32,586 nt of DNA, from NCBI GenBank assembly GCA_009922295.1, contig RFWA01000001.1, positions 1 to 32,586 of the forward strand, given 5' to 3'. Below, one piece after another: positions 1 to 13,542 of the stretch. Both the position numbers and the translations under genes were made by a program. The notes under the pieces are model-generated. The model did not search any database. It worked only from the letters and a program-made list of their open reading frames with translations, and had not been told where the DNA came from. The DNA is from Betaproteobacteria bacterium. Lineage in GTDB: Bacteria > Pseudomonadota > Gammaproteobacteria > Burkholderiales > Burkholderiaceae_C. Position 1 is the stretch's first letter; every line of letters starts with the position of its first letter.

Positions 1-2700
1 GTCCAGGTCGGGCACCTCGTCGCCGGTCTGGTTCAGGGTTTGGGCCAGCATGCTGGCGCCCATGCGCATGCGGCCACGCCCCAGGTCGATCAGCAGCAGA
101 CTGCTGTCTGCCGTGGCGTCGAGCTGCGGCGTCAGCGTCCCGCGCACATCGGCCAGGGTGGCAAAGGCGCTGACGATCAGTGACACCGGCGAGCTGACTT
201 TTTTGGCCTGGCCGTCGTCCGTCCACTGGGTGCGCATGGACAAGGAATCTTTGCCGACGGGGATGGACACGCCCAGCGCTGGGCACAGTTCCAGCCCTAC
301 GGCCTGCACCGTGGCGTACAGCGCCGCATCTTCACCGGGCTCACCGCAAGCCGCCATCCAGTTGGCCGACAGTTTGACGCGCGACAGTTCGATAGGCGCG
401 GCCAGCAAGTTGGTGATGGCCTCGGCCACGGCCATACGGCCCGAGGCGGGGGCATTGACAGCGGCCAGCGGCGTGCGCTCGCCCATGCTCATGGCCTCGC
501 CGGCAAAGCCGGAAAAATCGGCTAAGGTCACCGCGCAATCAGCCACCGGCACCTGCCAGGGGCCCACCATCTGGTCGCGGTGGCTCAGGCCGCCCACGGT
601 GCGGTCGCCAATGGTGATCAGAAAGCGTTTGGACGCCACGGTCGGGCTGGCCAGCACCGCGATACAGGCCTGCTGCAGGGTGACACCGTCGAGATTGAGC
701 GGCGCAAACTGGCGGCTTTGGCTGGCCACGTCGCGGTGCATCTTGGGCGGCTTGCCCAGCAGCACATCCATGGGCATGTTTACCGGCAGGTCAGCGGGTT
801 GGGCGGCCTCGGCATCTGCCAGCACCAGTTGCCGGGCCTCGGTGGCCACGCCCACCACCGCAAACGGGCAGCGCTCACGCTCGCACAAGGCGCTGAACAG
901 GGGCAGCGAGTCGGGGGCAATCGCCAGCACATAGCGCTCCTGGCTCTCGTTGCACCAGATTTCCTTGGGCGCCATGCCACTTTCTTCCAGCGGCACAGCG
1001 CGCAGGTCAAACCGCGCGCCACGGCCAGCGTCGTTGGTCAACTCGGGGAAGGCATTCGACAAGCCGCCCGCGCCTACGTCGTGGATCGCCAAAATGGGAT
1101 TACCCAGGCCATAGGGGCCGCCGTCCAGGCCCAGCGCCCAACACTGGTTGATGACCTCCTGAGCCCGGCGCTCAATCTCCGGGTTGCCACGCTGTACCGA
1201 ATCAAAGTCCAGTTCGGCCGCGTTGGCGCCCGTGGCCATCGAACTCGCCGCACTGCCACCCATGCCAATGCGCATGCCTGGGCCACCCAGCTGGATCAGC
1301 AGGCTACCCGCCGGGAACGCTACCTTTTGTGTCTGTGTCGCATCAATCACACCCAGGCCGCCCGCGATCATGATCGGCTTGTGGTATCCGCTCTGCGCCT
1401 GCTGCTCGGGGCCATCACGCTTAATCCGGTAACGCAGCGTCTGCTCATACTCCCGAAAATACCCCAGCAAATTCGGCCGCCCAAACTCGTTGTTGAACGC
1501 CGCCCCACCCAGCGGCCCCTCCAGCATGATCTGCAGCGGGCTGGCAATGTGCGACGGCTTCCCATAAATTGGGGTCAGATTCCAATTGTTTGGCGGCTCG
1601 GGGTTTTCGGAATTAATTGGAATCTGACCCCAATTGATTTTGGAGACGGTGAAGCCGGTGAGGCCGGCCTTGGGTTTGGAGCCGCGGCCGGTGGCGCCTT
1701 CGTCGCGGATCTCACCACCGGCGCCGGTGGACGCACCGGGGAACGGCGAGATGGCGGTGGGGTGGTTGTGGGTTTCCACCTTCATCAGGACGTGGTGGGT
1801 AGCACTCTCTTTTTGATAGCTACCAGCCCTTATTCCATGGGGGCTAGAGGCCGATTTGGCCATAAATCGTTCGACCTGGGTGCCGGCCATGACGGAGGCG
1901 TTGTCAGAATAGGCCACCAGCATGTGCTGCGGGTTGGCCTGGTGGGTGTGGCGGATCATGCCAAACAGGCTGTCCGGCTGCGGCACGCCATCGATGGTGA
2001 AGGCGGCGTTGAAGATCTTGTGCCGGCAGTGCTCGCTGTTGGCCTGCGCGAACATCATCAACTCTACGTCGGTTGGGTTGCGCTGCAAGTGGCTAAAGGC
2101 TTGCACCAGGTAGTCGATCTCGTCAGCGGCGAGTGCCAGTCCGAAGCTGGCGTTGGCCGCCTCCAGCGCAGCCCTGCCCTGCCCCAGAACGTCGATCTGA
2201 GCCATGGGCGTGGCAGGCAAGGTGGCGAACAGGGCCTGGGCGCTAGCGCGGTCAAACATCACGCTTTCGGTCATGCGGTCATGCAGCAGCGCCGCCAGTG
2301 GTGCCAATTGATCAAGCGAGAGCGTTTTCTTGCCCAGCCAACCAGACTTCAGCTGAAGGCGGTAATGCGTGACCCGCTCCACCCGTTGCACAGCCAGGCC
2401 ACAGTTGTGGGCGATGTCGGTCGCCTTGGACGCCCAGGGCGAGACCGTGCCGAGACGCGGCGCAACGACGATCAGCACGCCATCGGTACCGCCGTCATCA
2501 GGTTCCCCATATTGCAAGAGCGCCTTGAGTTGGGCCGACATGGCCGCACCGGGCGCCGAGTTGGTGGTGACCAAGTGCACAAAGCGCGCGGCAATGCCAC
2601 TCACATTGGGCTCGATGGCCTGCAGGGCAGGCAATAACTGCTGGCGACGGAAAGGGCTGAGGGCGTTGCCGCCCTCGAATTCGGTGATGTGCTGGGTCAC
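1..2700 (-). CDS. purL: Phosphoribosylformylglycinamidine synthase, large single-chain type; 5' part only, continues past the window start
   Basis: Absent from the ORF track because it has no stop in the window. Manual translation from GTG at 2700 gives [23 protein letters not shown], then [80 protein letters not shown] and [12 protein letters not shown], all PurL motifs. Confidence 0.97.
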   Translation of the reverse strand, partial: MTQHITEFEGGNALSPFRRQQLLPALQAIEPNVSGIAARFVHLVTTNSAPGAAMSAQLKALLQYGEPDDGGTDGVLIVVAPRLGTVSPWASKATDIAHNCGLAVQRVERVTHYRLQLKSGWLGKKTLSLDQLAPLAALLHDRMTESVMFDRASAQALFATLPATPMAQIDVLGQGRAALEAANASFGLALAADEIDYLVQAFSHLQRNPTDVELMMFAQANSEHCRHKIFNAAFTIDGVPQPDSLFGMIRHTHQANPQHMLVAYSDNASVMAGTQVERFMAKSASSPHGIRAGSYQKESATHHVLMKVETHNHPTAISPFPGASTGAGGEIRDEGATGRGSKPKAGLTGFTVSKINWGQIPINSENPEPPNNWNLTPIYGKPSHIASPLQIMLEGPLGGAAFNNEFGRPNLLGYFREYEQTLRYRIKRDGPEQQAQSGYHKPIMIAGGLGVIDATQTQKVAFPAGSLLIQLGGPGMRIGMGGSAASSMATGANAAELDFDSVQRGNPEIERRAQEVINQCWALGLDGGPYGLGNPILAIHDVGAGGLSNAFPELTNDAGRGARFDLRAVPLEESGMAPKEIWCNESQERYVLAIAPDSLPLFSALCERERCPFAVVGVATEARQLVLADAEAAQPADLPVNMPMDVLLGKPPKMHRDVASQSRQFAPLNLDGVTLQQACIAVLASPTVASKRFLITIGDRTVGGLSHRDQMVGPWQVPVADCAVTLADFSGFAGEAMSMGERTPLAAVNAPASGRMAVAEAITNLLAAPIELSRVKLSANWMAACGEPGEDAALYATVQAVGLELCPALGVSIPVGKDSLSMRTQWTDDGQAKKVSSPVSLIVSAFATLADVRGTLTPQLDATADSSLLLIDLGRGRMRMGASMLAQTLNQTGDEVPDLD
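1567..1635. repeat. REP/MITE-like palindromic element inserted in frame in purL
   Basis: Perfect 21-bp inverted repeat AATTGGGGTCAGATTCCAATT (1567-1587) / AATTGGAATCTGACCCCAATT (1615-1635) with a 27-bp spacer. Total 69 bp, AT-richer than the flanks, exactly 23 codons in the purL frame. Confidence 0.85.
1802..1866. repeat. Short double-hairpin repeat-like element within purL coding sequence
   Basis: CTCTC-TTTTT-GATAGC (degenerate hairpin), then AGCCC-N11-GGGCT and AGAGGCCGATTT. Same layout as 7981-8035 in ligA. Confidence 0.55.
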
Positions 2701-2817
2701 AGTGGCGGCCTGATGGAAGTGGCCCCGATTTTAACGGCCGCTGCCGCGAGGAGCGTGCAAGGGGCAAGCCAGGGGCGCCCACGCCCAAAAACGTCGAGCA
2801 ATGGGATAATTCCATCT

Positions 2818-3624
2818 ATGACGATCACCTACAAAGACGCCGAAGGCATCGCCGGCATGCGCGTGGCAGGCCGCCTGGCCTCAGAGCTGCTGGACTACCT
2901 GACCCCCTTCGTGCAGCCCGGCATCACCACCAATGAGCTCGACCGCCTGGCCGACGCCTACACCACCACCGTGCAGGGCGCCATCTCGGCGCCACTGAAC
3001 TATGCGCCTTCAGGTCACAACCCCTACCCCAAGGCGATCTGCACCTCCATCAACCACCAGGTCTGCCACGGCATCCCCAATGACAAGCCACTCAAACGCG
3101 GCGACATCGTGAATGTCGACGTGACAGTGATCAAAGACGGCTGGCATGGTGATTCCAGCCGAATGTTCATCGTGGGAGAAACCTCAGTGGCGGCGCGGCG
3201 CCTGTGCGCCTTGACACATGAGGCCATGTGGCGCGGCATTGTGAAGGTGCGTGCTGGCGCCTTTCTGGGCGACATCGGCCACGCCATCCAGCAGTTTGCC
3301 GAGGGCCAGGGCCTGAGCGTGGTGCGCGAGTTTTGCGGCCACGGCATCGGCCGCAAGTTCCATGAGGAACCGCAGGTGTTGCACTACGGCCGCCCTGGCA
3401 CGCTGGACCAGCTCAAGGCCGGCATGACAATCACCATCGAGCCGATGCTCAACGCAGGGCGTCGTGACGTGAAGGAAATGGGCGACGGTTGGACCATCGT
3501 CACCAAAGACCGCTCGCTGTCCGCGCAATGGGAGCACACCGTGTTGGTCACCGAAACAGGGTACGAGGTGCTGACCCTGTCCACCGGCAGCCCGCCCATC
3601 CCGGCTTTTGTGAAACCGGCATGA
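2818..3624 (+). CDS. map: Methionine aminopeptidase type I
   Basis: [43 protein letters not shown] and SAQWEHT metal-binding motifs. Start placed at ATG 2818 (MTITYKD); the ORF-track extension overlaps the purL start. Confidence 0.97.
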   Translation: MTITYKDAEGIAGMRVAGRLASELLDYLTPFVQPGITTNELDRLADAYTTTVQGAISAPLNYAPSGHNPYPKAICTSINHQVCHGIPNDKPLKRGDIVNVDVTVIKDGWHGDSSRMFIVGETSVAARRLCALTHEAMWRGIVKVRAGAFLGDIGHAIQQFAEGQGLSVVREFCGHGIGRKFHEEPQVLHYGRPGTLDQLKAGMTITIEPMLNAGRRDVKEMGDGWTIVTKDRSLSAQWEHTVLVTETGYEVLTLSTGSPPIPAFVKPA

Positions 3625-6224
3625 CCGAGCCACTGGCGCTGCGTGCGCACTACCGCGCCCGCAAGTCCGCGCTGTTGGCTTCACTGACAGCGGGGGGCAG
3701 GCCCATTGGTGGTGTGCGGGCGGTGCTGTCCAAACTGTCAGCGCTGGCTGACGAGACCCTGCGCACCCTATGGCTGCAAGCCGGGCTGGCCAGCCCTTTG
3801 GCACTAGCCGCTGTGGGCGGCTTTGGTCGGGCCGAGCTGTTTCCAGGCTCTGACATTGACGTGCTGCTCTTGCTGCCCAATGACGAGTCGGCTCAAGATG
3901 ACGAGAGCCTCAAAACCAGACTTGAGGCCTTCATAGGCAGTTGTTGGGACGCTGGTCTGGAGATTGGATCAAGCGTGCGTACGGTCCAGGAGTGCCTCCA
4001 GGAGTCGGCCCGCGACGTTACCGTGCAAACATCGCTGCTGGAGGCACGCCTGATCACCGGCAGTGAAGCGTTGTTCGCCAGCTTTCAGCACGAGTACTTC
4101 GCTGCACTCGACCCACAGGCCTTTTTTATTGCAAAGACCCTCGAGTTGCAGCAGCGCCATCACAAGTTTGAAGATTCGCCCTACTCGCTCGAGCCCAATT
4201 GCAAAGAGTCGCCCGGCGGCCTGCGTGATCTGCATGTCATCTTGTGGGTCGCCAAGGCGGCCGGGTTTGGCAACAACTGGGACGACCTGGCCAGGAGCGG
4301 CCTGGCCACGGCCTTCGAAGTCCGCCAGCTCAAAAGGAACGAGGCCCTGCTGCGCCTGATCCGCGCACGGCTGCACCTCATCTCGCAGCGGCGTGAAGAC
4401 CGCCTTGTCTTCGACCTGCAGACTGCCGTGGCCGAGTCCTTTGGCTATGGGGGGGCGATCCCCGGCACCGTTGCAGCAGCCGGCGCGGCTCGACCCGGCA
4501 TACGCCCCAGCGAGGCGCTGATGCGGCGTTACTACTGGGCCGCCAAGGCCGTGACCCAACTCAACCAGATCCTGCTGCTCAACATCGAGGAGCGGCTCAA
4601 CCCCTCGACCCACACACCGCAACCGATCAACCCCCGCTTTAACGAGAAGGCCGGCATGGTCGATGTCGCCAGCGACGACCTCTACCAGCGCGAACCCCAC
4701 GCCATTCTGGAGACCTTTCTGGTGTTCCAGACCACGGTCGGCGTCAAGGGCCTGTCGGCCCGCACCCTGCGCGCCCTCTACAACGCGCGCGGCCAGATGA
4801 ATGGCAGTTTCCGCAACGATCCGGTGAACCGGGAGGCCTTTCGCCAGATCCTGATGCACGATGGCCTGACGCACGCCATGCGCCTGATGAACCAGACCTC
4901 GGTCTTGGGGCGTTATCTGTGGGTGTTTCGCAAGATCGTCGGGCAAATGCAACATGACCTGTTCCATGTCTACACCGTGGACCAGCATATCCTGATGGTG
5001 CTGCGCAATGTGCGGCGATTCTTCATCGTCGAACATGCCCATGAGTACCCGTTTTGCTCCCAACTGGCCTCGGGCTGGGACAAGCCCTGGGTCTTGTATG
5101 TGGCAGCTCTGTTTCACGACATCGCCAAAGGCCGGGGCGGCGACCATTCCGAGCTGGGCGCGCTGGAGGTGCGGCGATTTTGCCGCCAACACGGCATTGG
5201 GTCCGACGACAGCAGCCTGATCGAGTTTCTGGTGCACGAGCACCTGACCATGAGCCGCGTCGCGCAAAAGTCAGACCTGAGCGATGCCGACGTGATTGCC
5301 ACTTTTGCCAAGCGGGTGGGCAGCGAACGGCGTCTGACAGCGCTGTACCTGCTCACGGTGGCCGATATCCGGGGCACCAGCCCCAAAGTCTGGAACGCCT
5401 GGAAGGGCAAGCTCCTGGAAGACCTGTACCACCTGACCCTGCGGGTCTTGGGCGGGCGGGCGCCGGACCCGCAGGCCGAAGTGGAGTCTCGCAAACGCGA
5501 AGCCTTGATCATGCTGGCGCTGCACAGTCTGCCGTTTGAAGCACACAAGCCTCTGTGGGACACCTTGGATGCCGCTTACTTCATGCGTCATGACGCAGCA
5601 GACATCGCATGGCATACACGTCAGTTGTCGCGCCATATTGGCAACGGCAAGTCGATCGTCCGGGCACACCAGTCCCCTTTGGGGGAAGGCTTGCAGGTGC
5701 TGGTCTACACGCCCGACCAACCCGACCTGTTCGCCCGCATCTGCGGCTACTTTGACCAAGGCGGTTTCAGCATTCTGGACGCGCGCGTGCACACCGCCCG
5801 CAATGGCTACGCCATCGACACCTTTCAGGTGGTAGACGCCAGCATGCCCGAACACTACCGCGAACTCATCAGCATGGTCGAAAGTGAGCTGGGCCGGGCA
5901 ATTGCCCAAACCGGACCCTTGCCACCCCCGGGCCGCGGCCGGGTGTCCCGCCGGGTCAAGAGCTTCCCCGTGGCACCACGCGTGACGCTGCGCCCTGACG
6001 ACAAAGCCCAGCGATGGCTGCTCAATATTGCCGCCAGCGACAGGGTCGGCCTGCTCTACAGCGTGGCGCGGGTGTTAGCCCGCCACAACATCAACCTGCA
6101 ATTGGCCAAGATTGCCACCCTGGGCGAGCGGGTGGACGACACGTTTTTGATCCAGGGCGCCGAGTTGCAGCACAACCGCACCCAGATCGCGATCGAGACC
6201 GAGTTGCTCGAAGCCCTGGCCTGA
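3621..6224 (+). CDS. glnD: [Protein-PII] uridylyltransferase/uridylyl-removing enzyme
   Basis: [19 protein letters not shown] nucleotidyltransferase motif, [19 protein letters not shown] domain ([14 protein letters not shown]) and two C-terminal ACT domains. ATGA overlap with map. Confidence 0.97.
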   Translation: MTEPLALRAHYRARKSALLASLTAGGRPIGGVRAVLSKLSALADETLRTLWLQAGLASPLALAAVGGFGRAELFPGSDIDVLLLLPNDESAQDDESLKTRLEAFIGSCWDAGLEIGSSVRTVQECLQESARDVTVQTSLLEARLITGSEALFASFQHEYFAALDPQAFFIAKTLELQQRHHKFEDSPYSLEPNCKESPGGLRDLHVILWVAKAAGFGNNWDDLARSGLATAFEVRQLKRNEALLRLIRARLHLISQRREDRLVFDLQTAVAESFGYGGAIPGTVAAAGAARPGIRPSEALMRRYYWAAKAVTQLNQILLLNIEERLNPSTHTPQPINPRFNEKAGMVDVASDDLYQREPHAILETFLVFQTTVGVKGLSARTLRALYNARGQMNGSFRNDPVNREAFRQILMHDGLTHAMRLMNQTSVLGRYLWVFRKIVGQMQHDLFHVYTVDQHILMVLRNVRRFFIVEHAHEYPFCSQLASGWDKPWVLYVAALFHDIAKGRGGDHSELGALEVRRFCRQHGIGSDDSSLIEFLVHEHLTMSRVAQKSDLSDADVIATFAKRVGSERRLTALYLLTVADIRGTSPKVWNAWKGKLLEDLYHLTLRVLGGRAPDPQAEVESRKREALIMLALHSLPFEAHKPLWDTLDAAYFMRHDAADIAWHTRQLSRHIGNGKSIVRAHQSPLGEGLQVLVYTPDQPDLFARICGYFDQGGFSILDARVHTARNGYAIDTFQVVDASMPEHYRELISMVESELGRAIAQTGPLPPPGRGRVSRRVKSFPVAPRVTLRPDDKAQRWLLNIAASDRVGLLYSVARVLARHNINLQLAKIATLGERVDDTFLIQGAELQHNRTQIAIETELLEALA

Positions 6225-8883
<2,659 letters not shown>

Positions 8884-9924
8884 TCAGGAAAACAAGCGCC
8901 TTGCCAGACTGGAGCCAGCAACAAGATCACGCCGAGCCAGGTTCTCGTAGAGCAGAGTCAGATCGGCAGCAATCTCGTCCAGCGCCGTCGCGCTGAGGGG
9001 GACGCCCTGGTGGTCAATCAGGAGGCCGTCCATGCTCGCAGCCAGCACCAGTGCTGCCTCGCGCATGCGCTCAAAGGGCTGCTCCTCGCTATCCACCTGT
9101 GGCACATCCAGGCTGAGCGTCAGCTCCCGTATTGCCGACTGCGTCGGGTCTTCGGCAAGTGCCGCCTGCGTGTCAAAGCTCAGGCCCAGCACCGGAGGCA
9201 GGCCGGGCGTCGCCGCTGCAATCACCATACGCCCCGGAATTGCGCCGGCCACAAAACCAAGCCGAGCCGCGCTTTGCTGCACGTAGCCGGGGCTCCAGGC
9301 CGCGTGGCGTGCACGCAGCACAAAGCCCAGCTGGGCGTCGTGCTCGCTGGCAAATTGGTCGAGTTCACGCGCCCGTGCGACCTCCTCCTGCATTTCTGGA
9401 AACTCCGGGGTGCCGTTAACGGCATCGCAAAAAGCTTGGGTTTTGATGACAAATTCAGAGTACTCGATGTCGTTGAGCGCCCCGGACCGATTGGCCAACT
9501 GCACGCCGGCCTGGAACGCGCTGTAGCGCTCACCAGGCACCGGAACCTCCCAACGCTGCGCCGACTCGTTGTAGCCCTCGATCGCAAAGGGCTTGCTACC
9601 CACGCGCCGGGTCGGCGGCATCGCCGCCAAAGCGGCATCGCCAGAGACCGGGTTATCCAGATTAATGCTGGCCAGCACGTCGATCAACGCATCCAGCAGG
9701 GGCTTTTTTTCGGGCAGGGGGAGCGGGAAATGCGACAACTCGAAGGCGGCGGCGTCCAGGGCAGGCTCGACCCCTTCGCCCGAGCTGGCGGCCGGGTTAT
9801 CGTTGTCATTTGAAGCCTGGCGCGGCGCATGACGCCGCGACACCCAGACGCCATGCAAGGCGACCGCCAGCAACAGCACCGCACCCGCCAGCGCCAACCA
9901 AATCTGCAGTGGACTGATGTGCAT
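8884..9924 (-). CDS. ZipA-like cell division protein (N-terminal TM anchor, ZipA C-terminal FtsZ-binding domain)
   Basis: N-terminal hydrophobic helix, low-complexity linker, GVQLANRSG and LSLDVPQV motifs. Lies in the smc-zipA-ligA arrangement with a TGATG overlap with smc. Confidence 0.8.
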   Translation of the reverse strand: MHISPLQIWLALAGAVLLLAVALHGVWVSRRHAPRQASNDNDNPAASSGEGVEPALDAAAFELSHFPLPLPEKKPLLDALIDVLASINLDNPVSGDAALAAMPPTRRVGSKPFAIEGYNESAQRWEVPVPGERYSAFQAGVQLANRSGALNDIEYSEFVIKTQAFCDAVNGTPEFPEMQEEVARARELDQFASEHDAQLGFVLRARHAAWSPGYVQQSAARLGFVAGAIPGRMVIAAATPGLPPVLGLSFDTQAALAEDPTQSAIRELTLSLDVPQVDSEEQPFERMREAALVLAASMDGLLIDHQGVPLSATALDEIAADLTLLYENLARRDLVAGSSLARRLFS

Positions 9925-12900
9925 CAAACCGCCTCCGCCAAAGAGACCGCAACATCCATGTCGACCGCCACGATGCGTGAGACGCCCTGCTCCTGCATGG
10001 TCACGCCAATCAATTGCTCGGCCATTTCCATCGCTATCTTGTTGTGGCTGATAAACAGGAACTGGGTCTCTCGACTCATGCTGGTCACCAGGCGGGCATA
10101 GCGCTCGGTGTTGGCGTCGTCCAGCGGGGCGTCGACCTCGTCAAGCAGGCAAAATGGCGCCGGATTGAGCTGAAAAATGGCAAACACCAGCGCAATCGCG
10201 GTCAGGGCTTTTTCGCCGCCTGACAGCAGGTGGATGGTCTGGTTTTTCTTGCCGGGTGGCTGCGCAATCACCTGCACGCCAGAATCAAGAATTTCGTCCC
10301 CGGTGATCACCAGGCGCGCGTTGCCGCCGCCAAACAACTCCGGGAACATCTTGCCAAAGTGCTCGTTCACCGTGTTGAAAGTGCCCGACAACAGTTCCCG
10401 CGTCTCTCCGTCGATCTTACGAATAGCGTCTTCCAGCGTGGTCATGGCCTCAACCAGGTCCGCCGACTGGGCATCCAGAAACTGCTTTCGCTCGCGTGCG
10501 ACGCCGAGTTCGTCCAGCGCTGCCAGATTGACCGCACCCAGCGTCGCTATCTCGCGGTTGAGCCGATCGATCTCCGGCTGTAGCCCGGTCAAGCGCACGG
10601 GGCCGGCCTCCACCGAGGCTTTGAGCGCCAGCAGGTCAGCCTGCGCCTCGGCCAGTAGCTGCGCATACTGCTCGAAACCCAAGCGCGCAGCCTGCTCTCG
10701 CAACTGGAACTCCGTGATGCGCTGGCGCAAGGGTTCAAGCTCGCGCTCGAGCTGCATGCGTCGCTCGTCACTGGCGCGCAGCCGAGCCGTCAGGTCATCG
10801 TACTCGCTGCGGCGGGCGCCCAGCGCTTGCTCGCGATCGACTTTGACCGCCAGCGCGTTTTGCAGGCCACCCTGGGCTGCTGCATCACTGAGTCGGATCA
10901 ATTCGTCCTGAGCTCTTTGGACTTCAGCCCGCACAGAATCTGCCTGTTGTGCTGCAGTTTCAATAGCACGGCTGAGTTCAGCGCGACGCGCGTCCAGGGT
11001 GCGTTGGGCAAAGGCGGCCTCCTGTGCCCGCCGCTCCAGGCTGCGCTGCTGCTCACGGCTTTCAGCGAGCCGGCGCTCAGCCAGCAGCACCCGCTCATCG
11101 AGCTGGGCGTGGCGCTCCTGGGTGTCCGCCAACTGCATGTCGAGCTCATCGAAGCGGGCTTCGGCCGTAACCCGACGCTCCTGCAGTTCTTCGAGCGAGG
11201 CGTCCACCTCAGCCCGGTCAGAGGCGATCTGCGCACTGCGGGCGCGCGCCTGGTCGGCCAGCTGCGTCAGGCGAAGGGTTTCAACCTGCAGGTCGTGAGC
11301 CCGACTTTGGCCCTCAGAGGCCTCGCGTCGCAGCACCAGCAGCCGCTGTGAGGCATCGGCGTACGCCGCCTCGGCCCGCACCAGTGCCGCGCGAGTCTCA
11401 TCAGTGATCAGCGTCTGCGCGCGCAGCTGCTTGTCAAGGTTGTCGATCTCCTGAGCGCGCGCGAGCAAGCCAGCCTGCTCGGAGTCCGGCGCATAAAAGC
11501 TCACACTGTGCAGCCCCACCGCATGCCCGGCCTTGACAAAAATCTGCTCGCCCGGCGCCAGCTGGGTGCGCTGCGACAGTGCTTCCCCGAGGCTGCTCGC
11601 GGTGTAGCAACCGCGCATCCAGTCGGTCAACACCGCACGCTGGCCGGCATCATGGAGCCGCAGCATGTCAGCCAAGCGGGGCAAGGCTGCGGCCAGCTCA
11701 GGCCCTGCCGCCGATGGCGGGCTGAAAAAGGCTAATTTGGTGGGTGGCGCATCACCGGCAAACGCACGCACCAGGTCAAGCCGAGATACCTCCAGCGCGC
11801 CCAACCGCTCGCGCAGCGCCGCCTCCAACGCGCTTTCCCAGCCTGGCTCAACGTGAATGCGGCTCCACAGGCCTTGCAAGTGCTCCAGGCCGTGGCGCAA
11901 CAGCCAGGGTTGCAGGCGGCCATCGGTGCGCACCTTTTGCTGCAGGGCCTTGAGCGCTTCCAGCCGGGCAGACAACTCCGCCTGGCGGGCCGAGGTGTCA
12001 TTCACATCCTGCTGCTGACGCCGGCGCTGCGTTTCCAGCTCGGGCAGCGCATCCTGCAATTCCTGCAAGCTCGATTGTGCCAAGGTGGCCGCATCGCTGG
12101 CCTGCGCCAGCTGGTCCTCCAAGTGGCGCAGTCGGGATTCGTCTGGCGCGGCCAGGGCGTTGCGGTCGGCTTGCAGGCGTTCAAGCCGACTGCCCAGCTG
12201 ACGCGCCTGCTCCTCGATGTTGCGCTGCTCGGCAGCCAGCACCTGGATCTGCTGCTGCACCTGCGCGACGCTGGCCCGCTGGTCATTGGCACTGCGCTGT
12301 GCCAACCGAAAAGCGTCTTCGAGCTCGGGCAACTGCCCCGCCTGGTCTTCCACCTGGGCAGCCAGCAACTCAGACTGCTCGGCGCCGGTCAAGGCTTGAT
12401 CATCGAGCCCGACCAATTCAGTCTCGGCACTCTCTCGGCGAGTGGCCCATTGCAGGGCCTGGTCGGCCAGCGTCTGCAGCCGCTGCTCGACCCGCTGACG
12501 CCCCTCGACCACGAAGCGGATCTCTGCCTCTAGCCGACCGACTTCGGTACTGGCCTCATACAACAGGCCCTGGGCCTGGTTCACCTGGTCGCCTGCCGCG
12601 TAGTGAGCCTGTCGCACCGTCTCTAAGGCCGCCTCGATCTGGCGAAGGTCAGCCACCCGGCTCTCCAGCGCCAGCACCGCGCCCTGCGCCTCGGCCTGCA
12701 CCCGGGCCTGGTCGGTCTCGGACTCGGCGCGCCGCAAAAACCAAAGCTGCTGCTGCTTGAGCGTGGCGTCGGCCATCAGACTGTTGTAGCGCTGGGCCAC
12801 TTCAGCCTGCTTTTCCAGTTTTTCCAGGTTGGCGTTGAGCTCACGCAGGATGTCTTCTACGCGAGTCAAGTTCTCCCGCGTGTCGGCCAAGCGGTTTTCG

Positions 12901-13439
12901 GTTTCGCGCCGGCGCTCTTTGTATTTAGAGACGCCGGCGGCTTCCTCCAGGAAAAGCCGCAATTCCTCAGGCTTGCTCTCAATGATGCGGCTGATGGTGC
13001 CCTGGCCAATGATGGCGTAAGCGCGAGGCCCCAGACCAGTGCCCAGGAACACATCCTGCACATCGCGCCGGCGCACCGGTTGCGCGTTGATGAAATAGCT
13101 GCTGGTGCCGTCGCGGGTGAGCACACGCCTGACTGCGATTTCGCCAAACTGGCTCCACTGGCCCCCGGCTCGGTGGTCGGCGTTGTCAAACACCAGCTCC
13201 ACGCTGGCGCGGCTGGCTGGCTTGCGTGTGGTGGTCCCGTTGAAGATGACGTCCTGCATGGATTCACCACGCAGCTCAGACGCGCGCGACTCGCCCAATA
13301 CCCAGCGGACCGCGTCCATGATGTTGGATTTCCCGCAGCCATTAGGCCCAACCACCCCCACCAGCTGCCCGGGCAGCATGAAATTGGTCGGTTCGACAAA
13401 GGACTTGAAGCCCGACAACTTGATGGAATTGAGACGCAC
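9924..13439 (-). CDS. smc: Chromosome segregation protein SMC
   Basis: GFKSF, Walker A GPNGCGKSN, long coiled coils with central hinge, LSGGEKAL signature and LLDEVDAPLD Walker B; 1171 aa. Confidence 0.97.
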   Translation of the reverse strand: MRLNSIKLSGFKSFVEPTNFMLPGQLVGVVGPNGCGKSNIMDAVRWVLGESRASELRGESMQDVIFNGTTTRKPASRASVELVFDNADHRAGGQWSQFGEIAVRRVLTRDGTSSYFINAQPVRRRDVQDVFLGTGLGPRAYAIIGQGTISRIIESKPEELRLFLEEAAGVSKYKERRRETENRLADTRENLTRVEDILRELNANLEKLEKQAEVAQRYNSLMADATLKQQQLWFLRRAESETDQARVQAEAQGAVLALESRVADLRQIEAALETVRQAHYAAGDQVNQAQGLLYEASTEVGRLEAEIRFVVEGRQRVEQRLQTLADQALQWATRRESAETELVGLDDQALTGAEQSELLAAQVEDQAGQLPELEDAFRLAQRSANDQRASVAQVQQQIQVLAAEQRNIEEQARQLGSRLERLQADRNALAAPDESRLRHLEDQLAQASDAATLAQSSLQELQDALPELETQRRRQQQDVNDTSARQAELSARLEALKALQQKVRTDGRLQPWLLRHGLEHLQGLWSRIHVEPGWESALEAALRERLGALEVSRLDLVRAFAGDAPPTKLAFFSPPSAAGPELAAALPRLADMLRLHDAGQRAVLTDWMRGCYTASSLGEALSQRTQLAPGEQIFVKAGHAVGLHSVSFYAPDSEQAGLLARAQEIDNLDKQLRAQTLITDETRAALVRAEAAYADASQRLLVLRREASEGQSRAHDLQVETLRLTQLADQARARSAQIASDRAEVDASLEELQERRVTAEARFDELDMQLADTQERHAQLDERVLLAERRLAESREQQRSLERRAQEAAFAQRTLDARRAELSRAIETAAQQADSVRAEVQRAQDELIRLSDAAAQGGLQNALAVKVDREQALGARRSEYDDLTARLRASDERRMQLERELEPLRQRITEFQLREQAARLGFEQYAQLLAEAQADLLALKASVEAGPVRLTGLQPEIDRLNREIATLGAVNLAALDELGVARERKQFLDAQSADLVEAMTTLEDAIRKIDGETRELLSGTFNTVNEHFGKMFPELFGGGNARLVITGDEILDSGVQVIAQPPGKKNQTIHLLSGGEKALTAIALVFAIFQLNPAPFCLLDEVDAPLDDANTERYARLVTSMSRETQFLFISHNKIAMEMAEQLIGVTMQEQGVSRIVAVDMDVAVSLAEAV

Positions 13440-13542
13440 GGGAGACTGGAACTGCTAAGGCGATCGATTGGTCAGTGGTTGGCCGGTCAGCGGCCGCTTT
13501 GGAACCGGCGCAAGCACAATGCAACCAACCCCGGCTCCGCTG

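Noticed and set aside
50-2637. Long plus-strand ORFs (294 aa and 685 aa)
   Set aside because: Antisense shadows of purL caused by GC-rich codon bias; no recognisable motifs.
2689-3620. N-terminal extensions of the map (from 2689) and glnD (from 3489) ORFs
   Set aside because: They overlap neighbouring genes; family similarity starts at ATG 2818 and ATG 3621.
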